The notes beneath the pieces are model-generated. The model was not told where the DNA came from. It searched no databases and saw only the letters and a list, made by a program, of their open reading frames with translations. Positions 16,700-27,859 of a stretch of 64,000 bases of DNA are shown in pieces. Within the stretch, counting starts at the first letter, position 1. Each line of letters begins with the position of its first letter. The position numbers and the translations under genes are program-made. The stretch is taken from positions 38,741 through 102,740 of IMG/VR virus record IMGVR_UViG_2896164284_000005; one strand, given 5' to 3'. This stretch comes from a virus. Taxonomy: Duplodnaviria > Caudoviricetes.

Positions 16700-19600
16700 T
16701 ATAATTTCCCTACCTTAACTACTTGAGTATTACCATTCCAAACGGTAAGCGCGCGTGTAGAAGATGATAATTCAATACCACCTGAACTATCTCGTGCAAT
16801 TAGCCTAAACCCACCGTTTGCATTGACTTCAAATAGTGTGCCGTAGCTACCATTCAATGAACCAATTCTAATACTCCCAGCTGTCACACTTCCCAAATTC
16901 GCACTAATCGCAGACAAACTACTGATATTCAGCTTATCCGCAGTGAGCGACTTAGATACAATATGACCGGCATTAACAGAGTTAGCCGACAAATGACGAG
17001 TAGCTATAGCTCCACTGGCTATTTCGTTTGCAGTGATAGTGTTCGCTGCTATTTGTTGGGCGGTAATGGTGTTAGTTACAATACTGCCACCGTGAATAGC
17101 CGTTACACCGCTATTAACCCACGCAGACGGTTGAGTGGTGTATTGGGTACATTCTTCGAGCATTGGGCGAGCAACATAGACATTAGGGTTAGCACCTGTC
17201 GTTGTACCACTACATCTGAAACGTAGAGATACACAACCACTCGCAGGACATTGGAATTTAACCGCATATCTGCTCATTCCTTTAATCGTTTTTTGTGCTG
17301 AACCATTGACAATAGGCGTTGCACTACTTGCTACACCTTTCACATAAGCTGATCCGTCAGCACTATACTCTTCAACTAAGATATACCCTGTTTGAAAACG
17401 ATAAATGTTAGCATAAATACTAAACATATACCATTGACCTGCATTTAAGAATACAGTTCTGTAAAGTGGATCAACCCAACCGACATTTGTTGCAGTTGCA
17501 ACCGTAACAATTGTTTTAATCCGCACCTCATTGTCTAAAGCGTCATTCGGATACCAGTCAGCCACACCGTTCTTTTTAGTAAATTGGTTATTTACAGCGA
17601 AACTTGTACTTTTAGCACCAACACCCCAACCATAAGCATTGTTAGACAAAATCGCATTTTGTAGGAGATTACCACCCAAGCCAATAGCCAATTTGTCAGC
17701 ACTAATTTGCCCTGCTTGCAAATGGTTAGCGTTAATCGCTCCTGCTTGAATTTTACCTGCTGTTACTGCATTAGCGCTTAATTTGTTAGCAGTTACCGCA
17801 TTAGCTTGAATAGCGTTAGCGCCCACACTATTAACACTCAATTTCTCTGCGGTAATAGCACCTGCAGAAATTTTAATCGCTGTAATGGCATTTGCCGCAA
17901 TGTTATCCGCCACAACAGCATTGGTTGCCAATTTACCTGCAACAACAGCTCCAGACTGAATTGCATTTGAACTAATAGCATTAGCTTGGATTTGGCTTGC
18001 CCCTACACTTCCAGATTGTAAGTGTGTAGCCCCAATTGCTCCAGCTTGTATTGCATTCGTACCGATGCTATTAGCTGAAATCTGATTAGCAGAAATCGTA
18101 CCGGTTAATTTTGTTGTAGGTATAGATGCCAATTGTGATACTGCAATTGTACCAGTAATCTTATTTGCGCTAATTCCTTGTAATTGACTGTCTGTCAATT
18201 GACCACTTAATTTACTGGTAGGAATGGTTGGCATATTTGTTAATGAGAGCGTACCAATGACTTTAGTCGCATTAATAGACTGAATTTGTTCATCGGTCAG
18301 TTTACCGGCTAAATTGGAAGTCGGAATTGGTGCAAGTTGCTCCGGTTGAATAATACCTTTAATCTCATTGGCAAAGACGTCTCCACTATCTGCAACGTAA
18401 ACCGTACCATTCCAGGTGTACAGTTTACCATCTGCAGTGTTGTGTACTTGGCGATAGCCCAAGAACGTGTTCACATCCAGTCCGGAAACGGTTTTTATCA
18501 TTTCCAGTCCACGAGCAGGTGCGGCAGTATCGAAAACTTCATCGATGATATTTTTACTTAACTCTTTATTGAGTTCTTCCAATTTCTCATCAAGATCGAC
18601 CGCACTTTCGCCTTTAATGCCTTGCTCTTGATAGAATGGACCATTATTAATACCGCGCACGTGGCGTAACCAGTAGTAACGGGTTTGTTGCGCACCAACC
18701 GAATGTGAATAGAGTTTACTCAGCACTTTAGCGACTTTGGTCGCGTTGGCAAAATTCGTATCTTCACTGGCGAAGATTTCTGTGTAGGTGACATCATCCA
18801 CCCAGTCCCACTCAATTGTAATTTCACCTAATCCACCACTTACAATAACACCGGTCGGCACTGGCGGTTTATCAATGGTAAACGTAGTTGTCTTTTCACT
18901 AACCACTTGACCATTTTTATTTTTGGCGTAAATGACAACGGTATATTCGCCATTTGGCAAATGCTCAAATGAAATATTAGGATCGGTCAATCCGCGACGG
19001 TACTCAAACAACTTGCCGTCTTTAGTAATACGCACATCAAACGTTACTTCACCATCACCAGAGCCAATATCCACGGTGACATATAATTTGCCGTCATAAC
19101 CGGTTTTTGCGCCCACATCATTAATTTGTGGCGCTCGATAGGCGGTTTTCGTCGTCGGCACAAAGTGCGCACTTTTGTCCACAATAGCTTCTTTTTGCGG
19201 CTCGTGTTGAAGTGCAGTAATAGTAAATGTGCCATCTTCATTTTCAGTCAATGAGATAGCTTTATACAAGCCTGATTTAACAGTTTCCGTAGTTAAAGCC
19301 CAAACACTGTACGCACCAAGATCAACTGGTGAACTTGCCAATGTTACGGTATTGCCACTTACCGCTGTAATGCGAATTGTATTTTCTTTCGCTGAATTAT
19401 TGATATAAGTCAAGAAACTATTGCCAGATAATTCAATTTCACGATCTAATGTAACATTGCTACCATTGACCGCAAGCACGCGGCCGCCAATATTCGTACC
19501 GGCGTAGTCATTATCGTTAACGCGAATAATATCACCCGGTAAGTGCATTAGACCTTCGCGACCAACAGTGAATGTAATGGTTTCTTTTTCCAGTTTTTCT

Positions 19601-20949
19601 GTTTCGATGAGCCAACGTCCTGTACGGTGTGCTTGTCCGCGAGATGTACAACCAAAGGCAGTAATTTCCGTTAAATTTAAACCGTTTTTTGCAATAGATT
19701 CATCATCAGACACATACTCTACCGCACTTTGATAACCGTTAGTTTTATCTGCATAACTCACTTTTACTGCGTTATGACGTGATTTCTTAGCAGAATAAGA
19801 GCGCTCAAATTTTCCGTCTTTAACATTAGCATTGGTATAAACCCAACTTGGATCGGTTGGACGATCGATAATGGCTGAACACTCTCTTCCAGTCCAAACT
19901 GGAATAGCGCGGAAAATAGAACAAATGTTGTTAATGACTTTGTAAGCGTCGTCAATATCGGTAATCCAAGCATTACAAGTAAAGCGTGGTTCCTTGCCAC
20001 CAAATCCATCATCCACCATAACATCACAATAACGTGCAATGTCATACAGCGTCCACTTGTCACAACTGAACGAGCCAAGCATATTGCCTAAGCCATAACG
20101 CGAATTAGTAATAACATCAAATAAAATCCACGCTGGATTATTCGTCCACGCAATTTTAAAAGTACCATCCCACATACCATCATAAGCACGTGTTTCAGGA
20201 TCGTAATTGCTTGGCACTCGAACTTTAATCCCTTTTATCAGATAATTACGCGCGGGAATGCCGTTGAAATAGTCTGAATCAAAGCTTACCCCTGCTACAG
20301 CAGTATTAGGATAAGTAAATTCAGTGTCGATGATTTCAGTATAACTCGACCAAATTGTACCGTTCTGCAACGTGTTCTTATTACTATCAGCTGTAACACG
20401 TTCAACGCTAATGTTAAACGGCACAGACGGCAAATTATCAATCACTAGCATTTCTAAATATTGACTTGAATATTTGCCACTAATAGTGTGATCGTAAACT
20501 TGATCACCAACTTTGATTTGTAAATTAACAGATGTTGGATTTGTGTCACCTTGATTGTTCTGCTGATAAAGAGCCTTAACGCCGAGCGTGAAACGTAAAC
20601 GCGTGATACGTTCATCTGTAATCGTGCGTACAATTGCGCCTGTGGCTTTCTTTACTTCAACGCCAACATTAACTTCATTCTGTGATGATTCGTAACCTGA
20701 TAATGTTCCTTGGTCCTGTGTACCAATATTTAATTCACCGCTCACGTTATTAAAGTTATAACTATCATCCGCATTTTGTACTGGCGTATTATCTAAATAA
20801 ATAGACTTCATACCATCAACAAGACCAGTAATTTCACCTTCTGAAATCACTTCAACAATGTTGACTATCTGTTTTGAACGACCCGTTTCAGGCGCTTCCA
20901 CCGGTGTATGACCACCACCGCCACCGCCTTTTGCACCAAAAATTCTCAT
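16699..20949 (-). CDS. Host specificity / tail tip protein J
   Basis: GAKGGGGGGHTPVEAP, AWTNNPAWI, GCTSRGQAHR; FN3 domains and 10-aa periodic repeats. Confidence 0.95.
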   Translation of the reverse strand: MRIFGAKGGGGGGHTPVEAPETGRSKQIVNIVEVISEGEITGLVDGMKSIYLDNTPVQNADDSYNFNNVSGELNIGTQDQGTLSGYESSQNEVNVGVEVKKATGAIVRTITDERITRLRFTLGVKALYQQNNQGDTNPTSVNLQIKVGDQVYDHTISGKYSSQYLEMLVIDNLPSVPFNISVERVTADSNKNTLQNGTIWSSYTEIIDTEFTYPNTAVAGVSFDSDYFNGIPARNYLIKGIKVRVPSNYDPETRAYDGMWDGTFKIAWTNNPAWILFDVITNSRYGLGNMLGSFSCDKWTLYDIARYCDVMVDDGFGGKEPRFTCNAWITDIDDAYKVINNICSIFRAIPVWTGRECSAIIDRPTDPSWVYTNANVKDGKFERSYSAKKSRHNAVKVSYADKTNGYQSAVEYVSDDESIAKNGLNLTEITAFGCTSRGQAHRTGRWLIETEKLEKETITFTVGREGLMHLPGDIIRVNDNDYAGTNIGGRVLAVNGSNVTLDREIELSGNSFLTYINNSAKENTIRITAVSGNTVTLASSPVDLGAYSVWALTTETVKSGLYKAISLTENEDGTFTITALQHEPQKEAIVDKSAHFVPTTKTAYRAPQINDVGAKTGYDGKLYVTVDIGSGDGEVTFDVRITKDGKLFEYRRGLTDPNISFEHLPNGEYTVVIYAKNKNGQVVSEKTTTFTIDKPPVPTGVIVSGGLGEITIEWDWVDDVTYTEIFASEDTNFANATKVAKVLSKLYSHSVGAQQTRYYWLRHVRGINNGPFYQEQGIKGESAVDLDEKLEELNKELSKNIIDEVFDTAAPARGLEMIKTVSGLDVNTFLGYRQVHNTADGKLYTWNGTVYVADSGDVFANEIKGIIQPEQLAPIPTSNLAGKLTDEQIQSINATKVIGTLSLTNMPTIPTSKLSGQLTDSQLQGISANKITGTIAVSQLASIPTTKLTGTISANQISANSIGTNAIQAGAIGATHLQSGSVGASQIQANAISSNAIQSGAVVAGKLATNAVVADNIAANAITAIKISAGAITAEKLSVNSVGANAIQANAVTANKLSANAVTAGKIQAGAINANHLQAGQISADKLAIGLGGNLLQNAILSNNAYGWGVGAKSTSFAVNNQFTKKNGVADWYPNDALDNEVRIKTIVTVATATNVGWVDPLYRTVFLNAGQWYMFSIYANIYRFQTGYILVEEYSADGSAYVKGVASSATPIVNGSAQKTIKGMSRYAVKFQCPASGCVSLRFRCSGTTTGANPNVYVARPMLEECTQYTTQPSAWVNSGVTAIHGGSIVTNTITAQQIAANTITANEIASGAIATRHLSANSVNAGHIVSKSLTADKLNISSLSAISANLGSVTAGSIRIGSLNGSYGTLFEVNANGGFRLIARDSSGGIELSSSTRALTVWNGNTQVVKVGKL

Positions 20950-20964
20950 ACCATTTCCCTTTTA

Positions 20965-21597
20965 TTAATTTCTGCCTTTAAGTGCTGATTTCGTTGTATT
21001 TGCCGGTAAGTTTTCTTTTATTGTGACCGTTTCTACACCTTGTGAAATAATTAACGATCCTGTCCGAATCAATCCATAAGCCAATGGAACAGGTTTGCCT
21101 TGCGCCACGAGATTGTTTAAGTTGCTAAAGGCAGTAGATGATTTTTTCTCTTTTTCATCTCTCGCTGTATCAGCATTTGGCATTCTCGTAAGCATTTGCG
21201 ATACACCACCTAACGTCATAGCAATACCCAATCCCATTACAGCACTTTTAGTAATTAATCCGCCTAATAAGCCAGCGCCTGGAATAAAAAACGACGCACC
21301 AATTAGTGCCACGCCTAAAATGGTCTGAAAAACGCCGCCACTTTTTGCTCCCTTTATAACCGGCGTAAAATGGACGGTTTGACCATCTTTCAGGCAATAA
21401 AAAAGCCCTTTTTCAAGAGCTTCAGGATTTATATAATCTTTACCTATTCGTACTTTGTAATAGCCTTGTTGTAGTACCTGGCGTAGTCCTTTGATTTGTG
21501 TGCATAAGGCACGAATAACTTCGGCGGTGTCTTTGACATCTAGTTCAAATTCTGTGCCAAATTGTTTTAGCTTGCCATAAAATTTAACATTAACCAT
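20965..21597 (-). CDS. Tail assembly protein I
   Basis: Ubiquitin-like N-terminus, QGKPVPLAYG. Confidence 0.9.
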   Translation of the reverse strand: MVNVKFYGKLKQFGTEFELDVKDTAEVIRALCTQIKGLRQVLQQGYYKVRIGKDYINPEALEKGLFYCLKDGQTVHFTPVIKGAKSGGVFQTILGVALIGASFFIPGAGLLGGLITKSAVMGLGIAMTLGGVSQMLTRMPNADTARDEKEKKSSTAFSNLNNLVAQGKPVPLAYGLIRTGSLIISQGVETVTIKENLPANTTKSALKGRN

Positions 21598-21647
21598 TAT
21601 ATCCTCGCTTAAGCCGTATAAGCGTTGTTAAACGCGATAAAACCATA

Positions 21648-22385
21648 TCAATCTGTGACTGCTAAATCATTTAAAATGCCGTTAAAATCTAAATTAGCGG
21701 CGTTTTTATGTCGCCAAATCGAATGCGTATGCTTTAACCAGTAGCCATTATAAAGATCGCGTTTCGATAAGCGGTTTGGACTATGATGTAATACCATTTG
21801 ATCGCCCAAATAGATAGCTGCATGATTAGGTACATCTGCCGCAATTTGAATTAAAATCACATCGCCTAATTGTGGATCTTCTACTCGCACAAATCCTTGA
21901 CCTTGGATGTTGTCTAAATACAGATTTTCGCCGTTATCCCACCAGTCATTAGTACGCTCAAATTCGTCCATTTCGTAACCTGCCAACATATAGGCATCAC
22001 GGTAGAGTGTGTAGCAATCCATTATGCCGTGATCGAACTCACGACCTAGTAAGTGCGGTACGTTTCTGAATTTTTTTAAGCTTTGAGTTTTATTGTGTAC
22101 CAACCACCACTCTAACCCTGTTTGAACTTGCATTTGTCTATCTTGCGTAGAAAGCACAGCTGAACCATTGAGTTCTGGATGAGAATGAACAATCGCCACA
22201 ATTTGACCGCACTTTTCCGCGCGAAGATAATCTTCGTCAGAAATTTCAAAATATTCAGTCGGATCTATCGCTTGATTTTCACAAATAATAAATTGATTTT
22301 CTTTACCGTCAAAAACAACAAAACCGCAAATTTCTTGCGGTTCGTGTTTTAGGGCATAGTCGATAATTTGGTGTTCGATTTTCAT
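21648..22385 (-). CDS. Tail assembly protein K (JAB + NlpC/P60)
   Basis: EICG, HSHP, DCY, NHAAIY. Confidence 0.92.
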   Translation of the reverse strand: MKIEHQIIDYALKHEPQEICGFVVFDGKENQFIICENQAIDPTEYFEISDEDYLRAEKCGQIVAIVHSHPELNGSAVLSTQDRQMQVQTGLEWWLVHNKTQSLKKFRNVPHLLGREFDHGIMDCYTLYRDAYMLAGYEMDEFERTNDWWDNGENLYLDNIQGQGFVRVEDPQLGDVILIQIAADVPNHAAIYLGDQMVLHHSPNRLSKRDLYNGYWLKHTHSIWRHKNAANLDFNGILNDLAVTD

Positions 22386-22879
22386 TTTAGTTCCTTTATA
22401 AAATCTTTGATAAATCGAATATTTTCTTGCCGAGTTTTCTCATAAAGGATAGAAAGATTTTCTTCAGACTCTTTTTTGCATACGTTAATTGGATAAGTCA
22501 AGGCAGCTTGATACACATTATAAATCCAACTAATGACTTTCCCATTATGAATAAGTAAAGCATCTGTTTTATGTCCATCATAATTATTCGTTTCCCACGT
22601 ACAAATTACGTAGCCTTTAATTGCTTGTTCCTTGCCAACTGTTGCCCAATAAGCAGGATTTAATGGTACAACAAAACCATAATCTCCGGCTTTTTGTTCA
22701 TACATTTGAGGTGCACTGGTGCGAATGTATTGTATCGGTGTAATGTCGCGCTTACCTTGATAAAATTGCTGAGCAATTTGCTGATAATGACTAGGATAGC
22801 TACCGTAATCTTGGGTTATAGGTTGAGTGCTACAAGCAGAGACCATGGATGCAATGAATAAAGAAAAGAAAGCTTTCAT
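22382..22879 (-). CDS. Moron lipoprotein
   Basis: Signal peptide with lipobox VSA-C; inserted between L and K. Confidence 0.75.
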   Translation of the reverse strand: MKAFFSLFIASMVSACSTQPITQDYGSYPSHYQQIAQQFYQGKRDITPIQYIRTSAPQMYEQKAGDYGFVVPLNPAYWATVGKEQAIKGYVICTWETNNYDGHKTDALLIHNGKVISWIYNVYQAALTYPINVCKKESEENLSILYEKTRQENIRFIKDFIKELK

Positions 22880-22911
22880 ATTTAATCTCTCTTTATGGAA
22901 TTTTTTTCATT

Positions 22912-23628
22912 CTACCCCAATTTATTCACACTCACAAATGCCCCGAAGTTGCGTTGATTGCCGCGAAGTGTACAGCCTTGTAAACAGTGACTGCATTTAT
23001 CTTCTTTAATCTCTACGGTCGGGTTGTCTTTATCCGTGAAATAACGCGTACCTGTATAACCGCATTCACTTGAGCGATATATCCAAGTGCAGGTATCCGC
23101 CATAATGACACGGCAAGGAATTTTGGCATTATCTGTTTCAGCCGGCAATGCAAGGGTAAATGTGGCGGCTTCCTTGTTTAAAGATGACAGTTGTTCAATG
23201 AAAAAACAGCTGACAACCTCCTGATTTGGATCGGCATTTTTGTTACCATTGATGAAATTTACCGCATCAAGATATTTGGCATAAACCTGATGACGTCGAA
23301 CAATCGCCCCCACACACTCTTCGTATTGGTTGGCAATACCTGTCACTAAGCCGAATAAATTCGACAATGTTAATGTTGGGCGGTTGCTCGGGCCGCTACC
23401 GCTTTTTTCAAAACCACTGGCTTTGACCGGATAAGCGGAATAGGTTTTCCCTTGCCATACTAAATCGTTTTTCAGTGCATTTTTACCACTATAAAAGCGA
23501 TAAATATCGCCTTTTTCACCAAGATTATTCTTGAGATGGCGCATATCAATTTCAAACAGATCTAATAATGCGTCTTGTTGTAATTGCGATAAATCAAGTT
23601 TTAATTGATTTGATATGCTGATTGTCAT
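22912..23628 (-). CDS. Minor tail protein L
   Basis: WQG..Y..YP, C.W.YRS.ECGY and terminal Cys cluster. Confidence 0.92.
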   Translation of the reverse strand: MTISISNQLKLDLSQLQQDALLDLFEIDMRHLKNNLGEKGDIYRFYSGKNALKNDLVWQGKTYSAYPVKASGFEKSGSGPSNRPTLTLSNLFGLVTGIANQYEECVGAIVRRHQVYAKYLDAVNFINGNKNADPNQEVVSCFFIEQLSSLNKEAATFTLALPAETDNAKIPCRVIMADTCTWIYRSSECGYTGTRYFTDKDNPTVEIKEDKCSHCLQGCTLRGNQRNFGAFVSVNKLG

Positions 23629-23951
23629 AACGTTTCCTTGAGCGTAAGGGTAAATTCAGTATATTCCAGTCCGTTTTTAGCCGGCCACTGCAAACACCGC
23701 ACTTTTTTCTGTGTCTGAGTATAAGGATCGTTATATAAAAATGGCGTAACTGCATTGTGTTTAGCTAAAAACGCATCCACTTTTAACGCTTCTTCATTTT
23801 TCACTTTTACGACAACAGTATATTCACGCAATAAACTATTCAATCCTTTTGGCGCACTTTGATTATAACCATCACCAAAATCTACTGAGTAAATTTCAGG
23901 CTTATTACTAATGTCACCATCAGGGCGGACGCACCATTTAAATGTTTCCAT
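23625..23951 (-). CDS. Minor tail protein M
   Basis: METFKW, FGDGY.Q..GLN. Confidence 0.9.
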   Translation of the reverse strand: METFKWCVRPDGDISNKPEIYSVDFGDGYNQSAPKGLNSLLREYTVVVKVKNEEALKVDAFLAKHNAVTPFLYNDPYTQTQKKVRCLQWPAKNGLEYTEFTLTLKETL

Positions 23952-24021
23952 AATTGTATCTTACCTATTTACAAATCAACTAATTCGATGTATCTTTATG
24001 CTATACAAAGGAGAAAGACAA

Positions 24022-24243
24022 ATGATCTTATCTTTCAAGCATAAAGGACTTGAGCAATTTTTTCTGACAGGTTCTACAGCTGGTATTCAAGTTAAACACG
24101 CCACTAAATTGAACTTGTTGCTACACCCTTTAAAGGGAAATTTAATTAATCACTGGTCTGTTAAAGTCAATGGAAATTGGCGGTTAACATTTAAATTTGA
24201 AAGTGGTCATGCTGAAGTGGTTGATTATCAAGATTATCATTAG
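24022..24243 (+). CDS. higB: HigB/RelE-family toxin, apparently internally deleted (73 aa)
   Basis: MILSFKHKGL..LHPLKG..WSVKVNGNWRLTF..DYH; shorter than typical HigB. Confidence 0.75.
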   Translation: MILSFKHKGLEQFFLTGSTAGIQVKHATKLNLLLHPLKGNLINHWSVKVNGNWRLTFKFESGHAEVVDYQDYH

Positions 24244-24254
24244 GAGTTTATATA

Positions 24255-24533
24255 ATGAAAATGTACAATCCATCTCATCCGGGTTTAATCCTGCGTGAGT
24301 ACATCGACGGAATGAAAGTAACCGATATTGCTCACCGTTTAGGGGTAAGCCGCGTTGCGCTTTCTCGTGTATTAAATGGAAAATCCGCTATTTCGCCTGA
24401 AATGGCACTTCGTTTAAGCCAATTATTACCAAACACATCAGCTGATTTTTGGTTAAAAATGCAATCTGCGTATGATTTATGGCAAGTCGAACAGCGTACA
24501 CATTTTTCTATCGAACCATTGATATTAGCTTAA
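24255..24533 (+). CDS. higA: HigA antitoxin
   Basis: HPGLILRE..ISPEMALRL..FWL.MQ..YDL. Confidence 0.9.
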   Translation: MKMYNPSHPGLILREYIDGMKVTDIAHRLGVSRVALSRVLNGKSAISPEMALRLSQLLPNTSADFWLKMQSAYDLWQVEQRTHFSIEPLILA

Positions 24534-24569
24534 TAAAGAAAACCCTGCCAAATAGACAGGGTTGATTGA

Positions 24570-27500
24570 TTAAGCAAATACGCCACCAGCACGGAAATTG
24601 TTTTGAATCGCGTTGTTGGTTTCTTTTCTTGCGATTCGTTGCATAAGCTCTACAGTAATTTCCAACTCATTACCATTTTGCTTAGTAGAGACATCTGCTT
24701 GCGTAGGTTCGCCATTGTTAATGACTTTTACCGACACATTGCCAGTTGTCCCGCTTTGGACTGACTTAGCATAACTAGTCACATTACCAACCGCGCCACC
24801 ATTCGCAAAACCGCGTGTTGTGCCATAGTTGAGATAATTCAGGTAATTCAATCCTATACGTGATGTTGCTTCTTTGGTTAACACATACTCGCCTTTATGG
24901 ACAATACCGGCAGGAGTGTACTTACCGCCAAAACCAGTAAAGCCACCATCATCAAATCCAACTAAACCGCCTTTGGCATAGCCGCCTACATACCCACCAT
25001 CAGCAAAACCAAATCCCATAGCTGACATACCTTGTTTAATTGCATTAAACAACATCATTTTAATGATCATCTTTGATATATCAGAGATGATAGATGTCGC
25101 TAGGGATCTAAAATCTGCTTTGCCTGTCATTACTAAATCTGTAATAGCACTAGACATTCCATCAAAAGCAGATACGGTGATATTTGATATGTTACCTGCA
25201 ACATTCGTTACATCCGCTTCAATCTGTGACATACCCTCTTTCACACCATTGATAGCATTACCTTTGTACTCGGCATTTTGCTTTTCAATTTCCGCACGAC
25301 GCTCTTTGAGTTTGGCAATTTCTTCATCAAGTTTAACAATGTTTTCTTGTGACATTCCAATTTTGAGTTTTGCTGCTTCGATGTCAAGTTGGTGATTGTA
25401 ATTAAGCAATTCCTGTTCGGAACGTGTTTTACCAAGCAAGGTCAATTCAAATTCCATTGCAGCCAATCGTTCTGAGTTATCATAGCTAAACTGTGATATA
25501 GCAACTTGTTGACTAGCCGAATCAATCTGCGCTGCCATTGACTGTAATTTAGCAAGACCTTCAGCACCAAAATTTTTGTATTTTTCAGCATTGGTCGCAA
25601 TATCTTGAGTGAGCTTTTTCACTTCTTGGTATTGCGATGTTTGTCCGTCGGCAGCCTTAGCATTTAGCTCAGCTAAACGCTGTTGCATTTCCGTGAGTTG
25701 GTCGGTGTATTGTTTCTGATAATCAGTGCCGGCTCCTTTAGATTTCTTACCGCGCGCGCCACCTATCTCACTGGCTAGATATTCTGCTTCTTTTTGCGCC
25801 TGAATTTGTGAAATATCATATTCAGAGAATTTGGATTTATCTAAACTCAACGCATAATCTTCAGCGCGTAATTTAGCCTTTTTATTCGGATCTTTCTCTT
25901 TTGAGATTGCAGCTTGCCGTTTTGATTTCTCAATAAGTTGTTTGGCGGCATCACTAAGCTGTGGAGCCACCTTATCAGCACTAGGGATTGTAATAGACAT
26001 TCCTGATAATTTAGCTAATGCCCCTGACAAACCGTTAACCGATACTGTTAAACCATCAAAATCCCCCACTGCACTACTTGCAGATTCAGCCCATGTATTG
26101 ATCCGATTTTCACTGGTTAATGTTAAATCGCTGTAGCGCTCTACAAAACCAATCATTTTTTCTGTTCGATCAGCTAACTGTTCAGAAATGGCTGTACCTA
26201 TATCTTGAGTGTCATTTAGCTTTTCTTGTGCTACTTGTAAATCTGCTTTGGTTGTTGACAAAGTGCGGTTAAGTTGTGCTAGTTTTTTCGCATTATCAAT
26301 CGTAATTTCAAAACCACTATCATCAGTAATCACTTCAAATTTTGGCGTATTAGCAATTGTTTTCTGTAGTTCAGTAATTTTTCTTGATAATTTATCAACT
26401 TCTTTTTGTTGAGCGATAATACTTTCTTCTGCTTTTGCTTGTTCTGCCGACAACTGGATTGAGTTAAGTTTTTCAAGCTCTTCTCTTAATTTAGGCAGAT
26501 CATTAGCAAAAGCTAAAGCTTTTTTATGTGCGTCTTCAGTTTTTTGAGAATAATCAAACCATGCGGCCGCACCTATCCCCAATGCAGTTGTAACAACGCC
26601 AACAGGTCCGCCTAAGAAACCGATCGCATTACTCATTCCGCGAGTTAATAAATTGCTTTGTTTTTTTGCTGCATTTAAAGCTTTTAGAGCTGTTTGTTCG
26701 TGCGTTATCGCAGATGTTAATGTTGCTTTTCGTTGAGTTATTAATGTATCAGCAACAGCAATTTCATTCGCAGTTCGAGCCTGTTCGCGTTGTAAAAGTG
26801 CTAAATTTACTGCCTGTTGTGCCGCTTCTCGATTTGCTGTAGCAAGAGTTGCTTGTGCAACAACTGCGTTTCTCGTTGCTGTCGTCTTTTCGCGCATGGC
26901 TGATATATATTCTTTAAGTCTGCCAATTCCCCATCCAGCAGCAACACTTGCGGTCGAACCAGCTAATAATGATAAATACTCAGACGCCACTTGAATAACC
27001 GAAGCAAGATTTTGAGTAACGCCAGTAGCACTATCCATGTCGCCAATCCACTTCATCGTTGCGGTATTTAGATTTTCAAACGCAGCTGAAACAGTTAGCA
27101 CGCGAGTAGCAAACTGTGAATCTACGCTTGCCTTGGCTTTTTCCAAAGCTGGAATAAGTACATCCATCGTGAGCTTGCCATCATTAGCCATTGAGCGTAA
27201 TTCGCCTGTGGTAACACCTAAACCATGCGCAATAGCTTGCGCAAGTGCTGGTGTTTGTTCCATGACTGAATTAAATTCTTGCCCACGAAACACACCCGAA
27301 GCAAGAGATTGCCCAAATTGCATTAATGCTGCTTGCGCAGAAGCCACACTGGCGCCTGAGACAGCCACTGCTTTTGATACTGTTTCAGTTAGGTTTGCCA
27401 CCTGCGCTTGTGAAATCCCCAACGCTTGCGCATTCTGAGCAAAACGCTGATATACATCGGAAGTGGCTTGAACACTTTGATTTGTTTTTAATGAAATATC

Positions 27501-27806
27501 AAAAACAGTTTGTAATCGCGCAGCGCTTTCAGTTGAGCTAGAACTAACCAAATTCATTTTATTGCTTATTTCAGTGTAACCATCTGCTACATTGACAAGG
27601 CTTTTAGCTCCACTAACAAGATTGCCACCCCAAAAATCAAGATTTGCTGTTCGGTTAATATTATTTGCAGCTTTCTCAATATTATTGAGATATTGGGTAG
27701 TGCGGTCAGAAAATTGACGGGCTTTATATTGAGCTCGAGTTAAACCATTTTGAAATTCGACGGTATTAAGAGCAAGTTGAATATTTAATTCACCCAAAGA
27801 TGACAT
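24570..27806 (-). CDS. Tail tape measure protein
   Basis: 1078 aa; tape measure domain (GQEFNSVMEQ) and lambda-type C-terminus. Confidence 0.95.
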   Translation of the reverse strand: MSSLGELNIQLALNTVEFQNGLTRAQYKARQFSDRTTQYLNNIEKAANNINRTANLDFWGGNLVSGAKSLVNVADGYTEISNKMNLVSSSSTESAARLQTVFDISLKTNQSVQATSDVYQRFAQNAQALGISQAQVANLTETVSKAVAVSGASVASAQAALMQFGQSLASGVFRGQEFNSVMEQTPALAQAIAHGLGVTTGELRSMANDGKLTMDVLIPALEKAKASVDSQFATRVLTVSAAFENLNTATMKWIGDMDSATGVTQNLASVIQVASEYLSLLAGSTASVAAGWGIGRLKEYISAMREKTTATRNAVVAQATLATANREAAQQAVNLALLQREQARTANEIAVADTLITQRKATLTSAITHEQTALKALNAAKKQSNLLTRGMSNAIGFLGGPVGVVTTALGIGAAAWFDYSQKTEDAHKKALAFANDLPKLREELEKLNSIQLSAEQAKAEESIIAQQKEVDKLSRKITELQKTIANTPKFEVITDDSGFEITIDNAKKLAQLNRTLSTTKADLQVAQEKLNDTQDIGTAISEQLADRTEKMIGFVERYSDLTLTSENRINTWAESASSAVGDFDGLTVSVNGLSGALAKLSGMSITIPSADKVAPQLSDAAKQLIEKSKRQAAISKEKDPNKKAKLRAEDYALSLDKSKFSEYDISQIQAQKEAEYLASEIGGARGKKSKGAGTDYQKQYTDQLTEMQQRLAELNAKAADGQTSQYQEVKKLTQDIATNAEKYKNFGAEGLAKLQSMAAQIDSASQQVAISQFSYDNSERLAAMEFELTLLGKTRSEQELLNYNHQLDIEAAKLKIGMSQENIVKLDEEIAKLKERRAEIEKQNAEYKGNAINGVKEGMSQIEADVTNVAGNISNITVSAFDGMSSAITDLVMTGKADFRSLATSIISDISKMIIKMMLFNAIKQGMSAMGFGFADGGYVGGYAKGGLVGFDDGGFTGFGGKYTPAGIVHKGEYVLTKEATSRIGLNYLNYLNYGTTRGFANGGAVGNVTSYAKSVQSGTTGNVSVKVINNGEPTQADVSTKQNGNELEITVELMQRIARKETNNAIQNNFRAGGVFA

Positions 27807-27859
27807 AATTCACCCCATAAAAAAAGCTCGCCGAAGCGAGCTTTAAGAATTGATTGGAT

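Noticed and set aside
17690-18350. Periodic repeats in J as a diversity-generating or repeat element
   Set aside because: They are protein-level 10-20 aa repeats with divergent DNA; no reverse transcriptase, template repeat or invertase is in the window
23911-24021. N-terminal extension of HigB in the ORF track
   Set aside because: It overlaps gene M on the opposite strand; the real start is ATG 24022 after AAGGAG
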